Shown one piece after another: positions 34,666 through 46,889 of a stretch of DNA of 64,000 nt. The first letter of the stretch is position 1, and each line of letters starts with the position of its first letter. The stretch lies in the NCBI GenBank assembly GCA_965113315.1, contig OZ220365.1, one strand, 5' to 3'. The position numbers were made by a program, and so were the translations under genes. The notes beneath the pieces were generated by a model, which was given only the letters and a program-made list of their open reading frames with translations, did no database searches and was not told the origin of the DNA. This DNA comes from Podarcis vaucheri (lineage: Eukaryota).

Positions 34666-37600
34666 TCCTAAGAACAGCTGTCAGTTGCAGTAGATGTGCT
34701 GAGAGATAAGTTATGCTTAGGGTTATGAAAGGGTGCCAGTTTGTGGTTCCAGCTTCTCCTAATTAGTTCTTCAGTTATGGCAGCTTCCTAATGTCTCAGG
34801 AGATGGTAGTTGCAAAGGCAAAGACTAAAGACCACTGTTTCAGAGATAATGCTACCTCTTCTGGCAAGATGGAGAAGGGGGAGGAGAGAAAAAGCTGTTG
34901 CTGCATTTCACGTACTACTTTGTGTTTTGCTCCAGTTTAATCATTGGCACTTTCCCAATGCAGTTGCTATGGGTAGTGCTTATTAGAAGGAAGAAAACTG
35001 GTGTCACTGAGTGCCTGTTGCTAGGGAAGCCATGGCAGGGAGGTATCTTTATCCTGAATTTTAGAAACTTCACCTTTTCTGCAAGGAGACATCTGTGTGC
35101 CACAGCACGTACACAGTCTGGTGCTGCACACAAAGCTTTCTGGATCAGAGCCATGGTATATGATACTATATATGTATGTCTACATATATATCTGTATTTT
35201 TCAGCAGCAGGTTTTTGAAATTGCTATATAGCTCCAAGATTTTGTTTCTTAAATCACAAGAAACCCTCACAAATAGGTGAATGTCACACATTATCAGTAA
35301 AATCAGCAATCCTGATTCTAAATTTATTTTGATGTCTAAAATGTTATTTAAATAGCATCCCTTCCATTTAAAAGGAAAATTATGTAAAGTCTTATGAATT
35401 AACATATTGTTAATCCTGCCTGATCTATTACAGATCCTGCGTGATACATTACAGCATCTTCACTCCAGATAGAAACAAGCTTGTTCTAATTTTATTTTGC
35501 TCTTGTTTCTGCTAAAATGAATGTTGTTTCGATTGATCAGTGAAAATCTACAGCCACCAATATATGCCATTAAGCCTGCTGTAGGGACATTTTAAAATCT
35601 ATGCCCGTGAAACTTTAAAGGTTGGCTTAAACCATCTTGTTTGACTTACAAGACCAGTTACAACACTGCTTCATGTAAAAAGCATTAAGCTAATGCTGGA
35701 TCAAGCTACATTGCCAAACATGCTTCAGCATAATTAATCAAAAATATTTCATAAACCAATTGCCTCCAAGAGGTTATCGATTTCTTGTCACGACACATTT
35801 TCCTTATGAGGTGCTGCAATGCTTGTGTCTCAGATGTGCTGGCATGTATTTTTTTTACTGACTAAGCCTTAATCCATCTTCTTGGCCTCCTGCCACTGGT
35901 GCACTGACATCTGCAACTACTCATGTCTGACAGCCTCATGCATGAGCTATGTGGCTTCAAAGTTGGACAAGATTAGTACAGGAGACTTTCTGTATACTTT
36001 GAACATAAATTGAAAGCAGATATGTACAAGGGCAGGTTTTGAGAGGGTGACATTACAAATGGCATCAAGTAAAATTATGCATCTTTATCTATGTATCCAC
36101 ACACACACACTTGACGAAGATTTTAGCATTTAGTAATATGTTAGATGAAGGAATTAAATGCCTAGAATTAACAATACTCTTGAGACATTATGTAATTTGT
36201 TGTGTGTCAAGCAGAACATGATAAACACATTTTCTGGGCGCATATTTCCCCTCTACGTCATTCATTTGTGCTTCCATATTGTAAGGCTGTTTTATGAATA
36301 CTTTTGCACCTATTGCACAGTGACAGCTGAACACACACTGAAAATACAAGCACCTAGTATTTCTGTGAAGCTGATATCTTTGCACAACATGCACAAATAT
36401 CTTCGACCTGCTGTCTGGTGCTTGTTGCTCCATCCCCCCCCCGCCCCTCTATGAAGTAAGGAAACAAAACTATCCCTTCATTTGTCAGATGAAGATTACA
36501 GACAACAACAGATGGACAGCCAGCACCATCTTGCAATGCCACAGCTGGTACGACAACCATTCACTTCAATGGAATGCTTTCTACACTTTGCTTCAGAAAC
36601 ATGCTTTGACAATATGACAGCCCAGCCACAATCCCACAGATATTTATAAATACCTTCGACTTATTCAAGATCATTGCAACACTGGATATCTACAGTAAAT
36701 CAAGAATGGAATCCAACCCTCAACACTTCTACAACCTCTGGGCTGTTTACTGCAGCCAACGGCAACACAGCTATGCAGATCATTGGCAGTGTCAGCAATT
36801 CCTTTTTCTACATTCTCTTTTTTCCTGGGTAGTACAAAACACTGTACAGATTTGTAAGCATGTTTTGTAATGTATGATGTACGTCACACACACACGTTTT
36901 AATTAACCCTGGGTGTGGAACTGGTAGTTTACAATTAGTATTTCCTAAATATATGGCCAAACACTTCCCTAATTTAGAATCAGACCAGGTATGCTGCATC
37001 ACCTCAATGTCTGTGAATGTTGCATGCCTTTGAAGGAAAAACGATAGGTTGTTGCTCATTTCTATTCATTCTTATACTTACAACTTAATGTTCAGAATAA
37101 ACTACACTTACAACAGTCCCATACATGTCTACTCAAAGCATAAGTCATATTGAGTTGTTTGGAGCTTACTCTTAGGTAACTGGGCACAGGACTGCAGCCT
37201 TAATTGGACTTACTTCTATGTAGACATAGACTTGCACTCTCAGGCTGCCATTATATGCACATTCATCCCATTTCATTCAGTGGGGCCTATTTCTGACCAC
37301 GCATAGGTCGACTCACCTCCTAACAATGTGGTAGATCCCACCCACCCACATTCCACACGCTAAAAAGTGAACGAGAACATTTGGTTTTAAAGTAACCAGC
37401 TCTGTAAGCCTTAGATAATAAGTTAGACAGGGTTTGCTTTTAAATGCAGCTAACCTTTGAATGCTGACAAAAGTTTATTATTGTCTTATTTTAGCTGGTT
37501 TTTCTGTCTTTTAATGCAATTTACCTTAAGTCTATATAGAAGGCTGCACATGGCTTTTAAAAGCAACAGCAGAAACCACCCACCAACTGGGGCCCTAAAA

Positions 37601-40600
37601 CAAAATACTTCAGTGTGGAGCGCTTCTCTTCAGGAATCTTTTCACGGCATTCCAGCCACCTTCTCCTCCTCTCTCAATCTAGCAGAACTCCCTGCCCTTT
37701 GACCCATGCTCAGCCCTCACTGGGCTGTTTTGGGGTGTCTCCCCCTCCGAGTTTTTGGGGAAGGGGAAAGATGAACTTGTGCCCATTCTCAACTGCATTG
37801 ATTTGTTTAGTTTCTCCACTGACATCTATGGGCAGCTCTCACTCTCCCTCTCTCTCCCTTCCTTGGGGACAATTAGAAATAGTGTTGTGTTGTAAAACAG
37901 GAAATGACCTCTTCAGAAAATGACATAGTTCTTCCTATTTATTATAATCATTAAAAAAAAAAGGTCTGTGATAGGAGAAAAAATGCTACTTCTGGTTTTG
38001 ACTTTATAGGTCTTTCGGGTCTTTTTGATAGGTAAAGTTGCATTACATGAGTCTGCTTGCACAGGTTTTTTTTTAAAATGCCAAGTATGGATGAGAATCG
38101 TGGTAATAATCCATTCTCTTTACACATTCTGCAATAATCTGCCCTTTTTTCTTTCAAAGTAGCGATGGTGGGTGATGTCACATAGGGAGTTTGCGAATTG
38201 AAACAACCTCTGGTAGATGCAAAAGCTCAGTTGGCAGGAAAGAAGCAACCATCTCTCTCCCCCTGCCCCACCTTACATTCTCCATAGAATGAATGGAGAG
38301 ACAGTCATTCTCTTTCTTCACATTGCTACTTCTGCCAGAGCCCAACTCAAGGGTAAAAACACCCCCACTTCCTGAGTTTTGTGCATATAACACAGGACTC
38401 AGAGAAGGGAGCTTACTCGGCTAAGTAAGCTACACTAAAATATATGGACTCCTGCCCCATGTGACCCAGCATAGGGTTAGAGTCCTACTATGAGTTCCAT
38501 TTCTCAGTGACTCCTGAGTGCAGCAGTCCCAGGGCATGGACTGAAGCCATATTGCTGAACCTAAACTGGCCTGTGTTAGGTCTGGCAAACCACCTTAAAA
38601 CTTATATATGATTACCAGATGGTGGTTTATCCCATTACTTCTCAACCCGGACCCCTTTAGATTCAGCAGCCGAACCACATTGTGTGATTTCGTTCCCTGA
38701 GCCATCTGATCTAATCTCCTCCACGGGTTGGCCCTGCTCACTGGTGTTCTTGGTATACATTAATCTGTGCTTTGCTGGGTTTCCACTAGCTTTAAGGCCC
38801 GCTGAGAATGATTTTGTTCGTTTCTGTCTTTCAGACCCTTCAGAATTTAGAAAGCTGAGGACTTTGCCAAAGGTTTAACATTCCTCATAATATGAGACGC
38901 TTGGGAGACATTTGCAAAGGCTTAAGTCAAATGCCTTCCTAAGACACCATCAACAATGACGATCACCTTGGCACAGTCCATTTAAGGGAAGAATGTAGTC
39001 CAAAGATGGCTCAAATTCCTAACTACCACAGTGTGTTAGAATAGCCCTTGGATTTGTGAGTAGATCCAAATATTCAATCCCCAAATCTCCAGAAGTATCA
39101 CTATTATAATTTTTAGGAGGTTTTTACGTGTGGGGTTCAGAGTCTGGGGCTATTATACAAAGAGGTGCAAATGTATCATTGATGGAGGCAACATGCCTCT
39201 AGTAACATATTAATAAAATCCAGCTGTTTTATTATGTTTTGTATTACTAGTGGTTTGTTATAGTTAACAATCTACGTGGACCTGTGCCTCTCTGTGTGGA
39301 AGGTTTGCAAGCCAACCTCGCATATAGGGCCGCTCTGGTAAGTCGTTGCTGACCTCTCAATGTCTAGTTAATTTTTGTCCATTACATGTTTTTTTTGGAA
39401 GGTTTCAGCTATGTTCTGAGTCTCTAGTTTAAGTTTTAATTTCACTGTGGATTTATTGCTAACCTTGATTTTTTGTTTTAGAACCCTTTCCAGTAGTATT
39501 TTAATTATTATTTATTACGCGAACTGCCTGGTGGTCAAAGGTGGGACAGAAATGTTTTTTGTTCTTTGTTTTTAAAAAGAGCAAGTGAGCATGAGATGCA
39601 GCCCTCATTCTGGACTGGTTAGTAAAAGTGAATTACTATGTCACTTTTTCAGACTACTAACAAAGAAACTTATCTGTTACTCCTAAAGAGATTCAGTAGC
39701 TTTGCCTATATTCCCATAACAGACACCTGTTTTCCATTTTTTAAAAATGATATGACTGAGGCCACAACCTTTTAGTTCCATCCAGGGAGCAAACTCAGCG
39801 TCACAGGGCAGCAATCAATTAAAAAACAAACTCAAAAGGTTTCCATCTGACTATTGGATTCTGAACCTTTGATGGAGCTTGTGTGTTTTCAGTGGTGACT
39901 TCCCTCATCTTCAGTGCTGAATAAGGACAGTGCAGCAATGCAGCAACTATTTTAAAGGGTTTTGATCATCATATATAACTAAGCAGCAGTAGCTCTTTGA
40001 AGAGGTAGGTGGCGCCCAACAGGGCAGGAAGGCAACCTGAGAATGAGCTCAAAGAGCCCCAGAAGTCCTTGGGAACACCTGAGGACATCAAAAGAGGAAA
40101 ACTCCAGGCATATCACCACCTCCAGAATTAGCTATTCTCTCCAGTCCCCAAGGTGTTTGCCTAAGGACAGCAGGAGTCACCAAGCAGAGGAAATGTTTTA
40201 GGATTAGAAGACATTATTACTGAATTTGATCAAGCAGAACACCGTACAAAGCAGAGCTCTTGGCTGAGGTGGTACACGAGCTCCATTTCCTCCCTTATCA
40301 CTTAATAGGGCTTGAGAGCGAAATGGTATTGCAGCAACCACACAACTGAGTCTCAAAATGGTCTTTTGACCAACACTTCCCATACGTTTCTACCTTATTT
40401 ACATTGCTCTAACATGATAACATTGCTCTACATTCATTATAAGAATTGACATCTGGTGTATACTACTCTGTAATAGCAATACTATCCAGTTGTCTCCTGT
40501 CACACGGTATTTAATCTGGTCTCAAACACAGTTCAAACTGCTGCAAGGCTCACAAAACCAAGAGAATGGATGCCCTTCTTTCTCTTGAAAATATGTCACT

Positions 40601-40984
40601 CTTTATTACTAATATGGATGCCACCTCTGCACAGGAAGAAAATGTGGTGACACTATAAATCCTGCAATTGGCTTTGTTTTGTAGGACTGCATAAACACAC
40701 CTCATCCATACTAAACTCCTGTATCTTTTCTTCTAATTAGAATTCTTCCTCATGTGTGCTGACATATACACAGTCTCCCCTACATATACAGAACATTTCA
40801 CACATACACAGGCATATCATTCTATAAAAGTTGACTCTAAAGGCAACTAAAACATTTATTCTTACCATTTTTTACCTCACCACTCAAACAAGTTCCCAAG
40901 TTGCCAGAATGCAAAAGGATAGTAGCAGATAATCCAGCCAAATTTGTAAATTGTCATTCAGAAAGTTATTAAATGCTTCAATTG

Positions 40985-41206
40985 TGATTTCATGAACATG
41001 GTGTTAACAGTGTGTGTGTGTGTAAGTGACTGTGGAGGCCAATTCTGGATCCACACATCCTTCCACAGTGGGGACATAGGCTAGGAGTTGATCACAATGA
41101 GGATTTGCCAAACGTGCCTTCCTCGTTTCTTCCTTTTGTCCTGAGTTCGCGTGTCTTCACAATCCATGACACCTTTGGTAAAGGCTGTTCTCCAGTTGGA
41201 GCGCTC
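40985..41206 (-). mobile_element. RTE-clade LINE 3' fragment with C-terminal zinc finger
   Basis: Minus strand encodes ERSNWRTAFTKGVMDCEDTRTQDKRKKR..LCPHCGRMCGSRIGLHSHL. Confidence 0.85.
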
Positions 41207-41479
41207 CCCTCCTTATCTATAATTTTGCCAGGCCTTTGCTTCTGTCTTGTTGACCTTTCCTGCTGACATATTTCCCCTCTTCGATAAATTCAGAATACTG
41301 CTACTAAAATAATTTTATTGCCTGACTATATTAACCTTGTCACAAGCCCCTGCACTTGCTCCCTGTCACTTAGGGAGCCCTAGTTCTACATTTAAGCTCT
41401 CCTAATCATGTCTCATTTTCTAGAAAACTAAAAAAGAAAAAAAGAAGGGGAAAAAAGATATACACAGTTCATTGGGGCA

Positions 41480-41580
41480 CGTTACAAGAGAATGACTTGT
41501 CCAAGGCCACCTAATGAACACTCCAGTCAAGGCTGGGTTTCCCAGACCTAAACCTGACTTTCTGTCCCCTAGATTATATT
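41480..41580 (-). mobile_element. MIR-like SINE fragment
   Basis: GAATGACTTGTCCAAGGCCACC core motif. Confidence 0.45.
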
Positions 41581-41975
41581 AGTCTATAATGGTTCTCTAT
41601 GATATAGAGTCTATATCATTAGAACAGGGGTGGTGAACTATTTTCCTGTTAATGGCTACATTTCTTTGGGAGTAATCTGTCTGTACTACATGCCTGCGCT
41701 GTATGGCGTGGGAACCAGCAGTGGGCAGGACCAGAGCCCAAAGAAGATGGGATACTTTGGTTCTCTCTTGCTTTCTGTCCCCACCTTTTTGTCTTCTCAG
41801 CCCCCAGATAAAATTAGACTGACGTCCACTGACAGTCCATTCCCTATTCTTTTATTGTTAGTGCTTTAAGTTCACTATCAGAGGAAGGAGAGGGGAAATC
41901 TTGACTTACGGACTCAGCAAATCCACTTCTCAGCACCTAGCTGCAGCATATTGCCGCACCTATTTCCAGGAAGTA

Positions 41976-42361
41976 CCGTATTTTTCGCTCTATAACACGC
42001 ACCTGACCATAACACGCACATCGTTTTTAGAGGAGGAAAACAAGGGAAAAAACATTCTGAATGAAACAGTGGATGTATCATTTTTGTGCTTCAGGCAACA
42101 GTGGGTGCGTGATTTTTTTGGTGCAGGCTGTAGCCATGGACATGCTATGTGATCTGATGGTGAATTTGGGGTGACCCAATGCAAAGATCCTGAGGATCCA
42201 TATGGATCTATGCTTTGTAACCACATTTTAAGTGGGGAGCGAAGGAAAAACAAAGAAGGGACATGAGAGGGGTGTGCAGAGAAGCAGCTGGCTAAGAATG
42301 CAGGAGAGGGATTTAACGGGAGGGAGGAAAGAAAGGCAAAAGTTTCTCCCCACCCAAGCCA

Positions 42362-42397
<36 letters not shown>

Positions 42398-42782
42398 CCC
42401 CTCTCTCTCCCTCCCTCCCGCCCCCCTCTCTCTCTCCCTCCCCCTCTCTCTCTCCCTCTCCCCCTGCAGCACCAGAGCACAGAGAGGAACGACACTCTGC
42501 TGTCCCCTCTGCTTGTCTGGAGGGGAGGGGCTTTCCCTGCTCTTTGTTCCGTTTCAGCAAACACAGCAACGAAACAGAGGAGGGTGGGCAGTAAGACCCT
42601 GAGGCAGAATGCAGGAAAGCAGCCGCTTCCTCTTTTCAGGTTTCTCTTCTCCGTGAAGTGCGATTTGATTTTTGCCTGATTTTTCGGCTCCAGGGACCAC
42701 GCATTCGCTCAATAACACGCACAGACATTTCCCCTTCCTTTTTAGGAGAAAAAATCTGCGTGTTATAGAGGGAAAAATACGG
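41976..42782. mobile_element. Tc1/mariner (pogo/Tc2-like) non-autonomous element
   Basis: 26-bp TIRs CCGTATTTTTCGCTCTATAACACGCA and TGCGTGTTATAGAGGGAAAAATACGG (one mismatch). TA TSD at 41974-41975 and 42783-42784. No transposase ORF. Confidence 0.92.
42366..42465 (+). repeat. (CT)n / C-rich polypyrimidine tract inside the mariner-type element
   Basis: About 100 bp of almost pure C/T. Confidence 0.95.
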
Positions 42783-43376
42783 TACTTAGAGCAGGAACCT
42801 CAGGCCAGGGACCCAAACGTGGCCCTCCATGAATATCTATTTGTCCCCAGGCTGCCTCCCTCATCAGCTCTACTCCACACCTTCCTTGCAAAAGGACTTG
42901 AGGCAATGTCTAAGCAATTTAATGCTGCTTGCTTCTGCAGTGTGGTGTCTGAGTGTGGAAATCTATGACTTTTGCATGGCTGGACTGCAGTCCATGTAGT
43001 CCTCAGCATTAAAAAAAATCTCTGTCCTCCCCCTCTCCCACTGGGGCCTGGAGTTTTCTTCTCTGAACCACAGAGGATACAAAATAAGGAGCTGGTGCCT
43101 CTGGTTTATGATTTGAGACAGTGCCTGGGCCTTCCAACACTATTAACATAATGATTAGATTGACAATTTAGAACCATAAACATTGGGTTTCCTCTTCCTA
43201 GAACTTCCTAGAGCTCAGGCCAGAAACAGCTACTTGAAGTTGATTTTATGGTAATGTGGTCACACCGCATAAAGCAGAGCAACCAAAAATCACCGTGAGG
43301 TGGAGTGAGGACAGCGCTCAGTGTTCATGCATGTGGCGGGCCATGGCTTTCATTCAATGGAACAGAATGTGACAAA

Positions 43377-43659
43377 AGGACTGCAGCTCGGTGGCAGAGC
43401 ATCTGCAGAAGGTCCCATGGTCTTGCTAGGAATATCCTCTGCCTGAAGCCCTGGAGAGCGGCTGCCAATCAGTGTAGACCAGATATAGCCAACATGGTGC
43501 TTTGTTTTGGATTTCAACGTTTATCACCCCCAGCCAGGTTGGTCAATGGCTAGGGATGGTGGGAGTTGAAGTCCAAAATATTTGGAGGGCACCACTTTGG
43601 CTGCACTGAGCAGATGTACAGATGGTCTCTCTCAGTATAAGGCACCTCCTATGTTCCTA
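43377..43659 (+). mobile_element. tRNA-derived SINE with CR1-type tail, interrupted by a hAT MITE (about 43480-43605)
   Basis: Head GCAGCTCGGTGGCAGAGCATCTG..AGAAGGTCCCA, body CCCTGGAGAGCGGCTGCCAATCAGTGTAGAC, tail CAGTATAAGGCACCTCCTATGTTCCT. The palindromic MITE sits between body and tail. Confidence 0.75.
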
Positions 43660-44821
43660 GAGAACATACAGGAAAGGAATTAACAGCCTGTGGTAATCAG
43701 CAATAGTAGAAAGAAAACTTCTGTTTTCCTCCCCACCCCCTTGGAACCAGTATTTATCAGTAGTTGGTCATCCACAGCAAACCTCAAATTACTTCCTTGT
43801 ACAAGACGTTTTTCAGGTTTCTCAAAGATTAACTACACAGGGGCTAGGATGACTGGCTGCTAGTAGAGATGGGGAAGAAGGGGAATAAAGCAAAAGAGGA
43901 TTCCTGTAATCTTTTGTGTTTGAACTGCCGAGTCTGTTCAGCAGCGTCACAACCCCCCACCTCCAGTCACAGGTGCAGATGACTATACACAGCAATAATC
44001 TTGGCTTGGCTTCTTCTTGATCGTACATTCCTTTCAGCTCAGCTACACCACTTTCCCACATGACCTCATCTTTTATGCCCTTACGATGATCAGTCTGTTG
44101 GGCCAAGCAGTTGCTCCTCTTAAATGCCCGGGAATGGCTCCCTGCCACTAGGGCTGCGACGCCCTCACATGCTTTCCCGGACGAGATCCCCAAATAGGCT
44201 CCTGGGACTAGAGAAACATTTTGGCAAGACAGCCCCTACTTGCCCATGATCTTTTGAAGGACTGAAAATAGGAAATATGGCAAAGGACCTCTTCAGAGGC
44301 ACAAGCAAATCAAGGTAGAAAAGAATGTGACAATGATTCATAGGGGTTTTCATGGGCAAATGCCCAAGTAAAGTGGTAGCAAAACAGTGGTATGTTGAAC
44401 AAATCTTGGCTACAACCCAGCAGAGCTTCCCCATGACCAACTATGGGGGGAAAGAATGCCCTATGCTGTCAGAGCTTCATCTGCCATGACTGGTGGAGGG
44501 AATCCAGGGGTGGAGGGAAGTTCTTCACCACAGTCATTATTCTAATAGCGGGTACTGACATTGCAAAACAAACAAGAGAACACTCTAATCGGTGAACAAA
44601 TGAGATGCCATGCAATAGTGGAACTGTAGAAACCTACTAACTGCATAGCCTTTCTTATTCCAGACACGGCTTCAATTCACCGTTGATGCTTTATTGTGTT
44701 CTCCTCGGATTCTAGACATGTCAACGTGTTCTATTAAGCTAGGTATTATTGCCTTACTCATAAGCATAGACTGCTAGATAGTTTAGTACATCTTTTCAGA
44801 TTGTAAGTCAGACTCTAAAAA

Positions 44822-45134
44822 CAGGGTTGAAGAGCTTCCTTGAAGTTATGTATCACTCTTACTAGGAGCTCCTGAATGGAACCAACCCCAGTTGGCCTTG
44901 TGTTTGGTGCCAAATTTAAAAGGTAATGGCTACGAGCTCAGCTTGCCAAACATCACTGGAAGTACACCTGAAGGTTCCTGATTTTACTTTTACAGCTGGA
45001 GCTTTAACTGCCCCACACCTGATAGCACACGATGCCAGGAACGGAAGGGCATGACTGCAAGAAATGCCTTTATGGGGCACATTAGGGCCCCTGGTAGGCC
45101 TTACTGAGCCCATGGGCTGGAGGTTCCCATCCTG
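44822..45134. mobile_element. hAT-type non-autonomous element (degraded)
   Basis: Right end GGGCTGGAGGTTCCCATCCTG, left end CAGGGTTG; flanks approximately CTCTAAAA and CTCTAACT. Confidence 0.45.
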
Positions 45135-45194
45135 CTCTAACTACTACACCACACTGACCTCTCAGATTTGCAAAAGCCCTTGGTCTGAGCCTGG

Positions 45195-45455
45195 CTCAAT
45201 TCAGAGTAGATGCTTCCTATCTGCAAATAGGGCCTTCTAGGTAGTGGCGCCCTCTCTGTGGAATGCCTTCCCTTCAGATGTAAAGGAGACAAAGAATTAC
45301 ACAACTTTTAGAAGACATCTGAAGGCAGCCCTGTATTGGAAGGTTTTAAACACTTGATGTTTTATGTTTTTAGATATGCTGTAAGCTGCCCAGAGTGGCT
45401 GGGAAAACCCAGCCAGATGGGTGGGGTATAAATAAAATAACAACAACAACAACAA
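45195..45455 (+). mobile_element. L2-type LINE 3' end
   Basis: AGGGCCTTC..GTGGCGCCCTCTCTGTGGAATGCCTTCCC (RAF.VVAPSLWNA.P), FRRHLK, then GTAAGCTGCCCAGAGTGGCT..GGGTATAAATAAAATAA(CAA)n. Confidence 0.85.
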
Positions 45456-46647
45456 TATCCACAAAAGCTTGACAACTGCACAGAGAAATAAAATAAAAGC
45501 AATATTTCTCTTTCACTCGTCCATTCCAGCTCCAAATTAAGAGAACTGTTTTGACAAAACATCAACTGCCACAACAAACTCCATTTTGAGAACTGTTTCT
45601 GACCCTTGAGATAATCAACAGCTTATACATATGAACTGGACACTTTCTCCTTCCTTAGCCAATAATAGATCAGTGAAGTAATGTCTTTTTATGTCTAGTA
45701 ACCCTACACTTGTAATCAGATAAATGTTGAGCAATAGTAGAATGCAAAATAATTATAATAGAAAGCATTATATAACCTTTTCTGATATTGTTACCAAAAA
45801 TGACATGCCAAAAGTTGAGGTGCTTATGCAAAATGAATTGCATTATTTGGCACTAATCAATCTCATCTATTTCCCCCACCCTCTGCATCCATAGTGCCCT
45901 AAAAAGCGCTATGTGGAAGGGATACAACCTGGAGCAGATGGCCCAAGGATGCCAGAGCGAACGGATGCCTACTGCTGCTGGGCACAGCAGAGATGGAAAT
46001 TTATGGCTGCCAATTTGGCTTGGCTTGAGATATGTCCTACAGACCGTGCAGCAGACTCAGGAAGGGCAAGATGGTAGACAAGTGCATAAATCACTGGCAA
46101 GTTAGAAACACAACACAGTGACAGCCTTTTATGCTGGCCTCTCTCATATATGCACATAACAAGGGCAAGAACGATGGAAGCCCTCAGCAGAGAACAGACA
46201 TCTTTACGGAGGCAAAAGTCAAGAACTGGCATTTAAGAGCAAGAGTGAGAAGAAGTAGCATATTAAAATGAAGAAAGCAGAGCATACCTCAGAGGTGGTA
46301 TTTCTCATTCACAAGAGGGAGAAGCAGCAGCCAATCCCGATTTTCTAACTATTACAATCTGCTTGCTGTCTGAAGGGCTTGTTTAAGTACGAAACCCCAA
46401 ATGCTTTGGCTTTCAAGAAAAGAATGGCCAAATAGGGCAAATCTGGAATAGACCTACCAGAGGAGGCTTCTGCTTGGGGTGCCAAACAATTGGGAAATTC
46501 TAGTCAATTGCATTATTCATATTCACATTGCAGATCAATTTAAGCCACTTGTGTGCTTGGGCAGTTACAGCTGGTTTCCAATCATTGCTCCATCCCAGTC
46601 ACAAACTCTTTGTGGAAAGCCTTACCCATTTAACAATGAGCTGAGTA

Positions 46648-46889
46648 CAGTGGTATCCCAGGTTAGGTACTTAATTTGTTCCAGAGGTCCATTCTTAACC
46701 TGAAACTGTTCTGAACCTGAAGCACCACTTTAGCTAATGGGGCCTCCCGCTGCCGCTGCACCGCCAGAGCACAATTTCTGTTCTCATCTTGAAGCAAAGT
46801 TCTTAACCCGAGGTACTATTTCTAGGTTAGTGGAGTCTGTAACCTGAAGCGTATGTAACCTGAAGCGCATGTAACCCGAGGTACCACTG
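46648..46889 (-). mobile_element. Tc1/mariner (Tigger/pogo-like) MITE, copy 1
   Basis: TIR CAGTGGTA.C.C.GGTTA / TAACCCGAGGTACCACTG with TA TSDs. Reverse orientation relative to copies 2 and 3. Confidence 0.92.

Noticed and set aside
38545-38600. Possible 5S-derived SINE remnant
   Set aside because: Similarity is too weak to support.
41990-42594. Long ER/LS-repeat ORFs on both strands
   Set aside because: These are artefacts of the (CT)n/(GA)n tract within a non-autonomous transposon.
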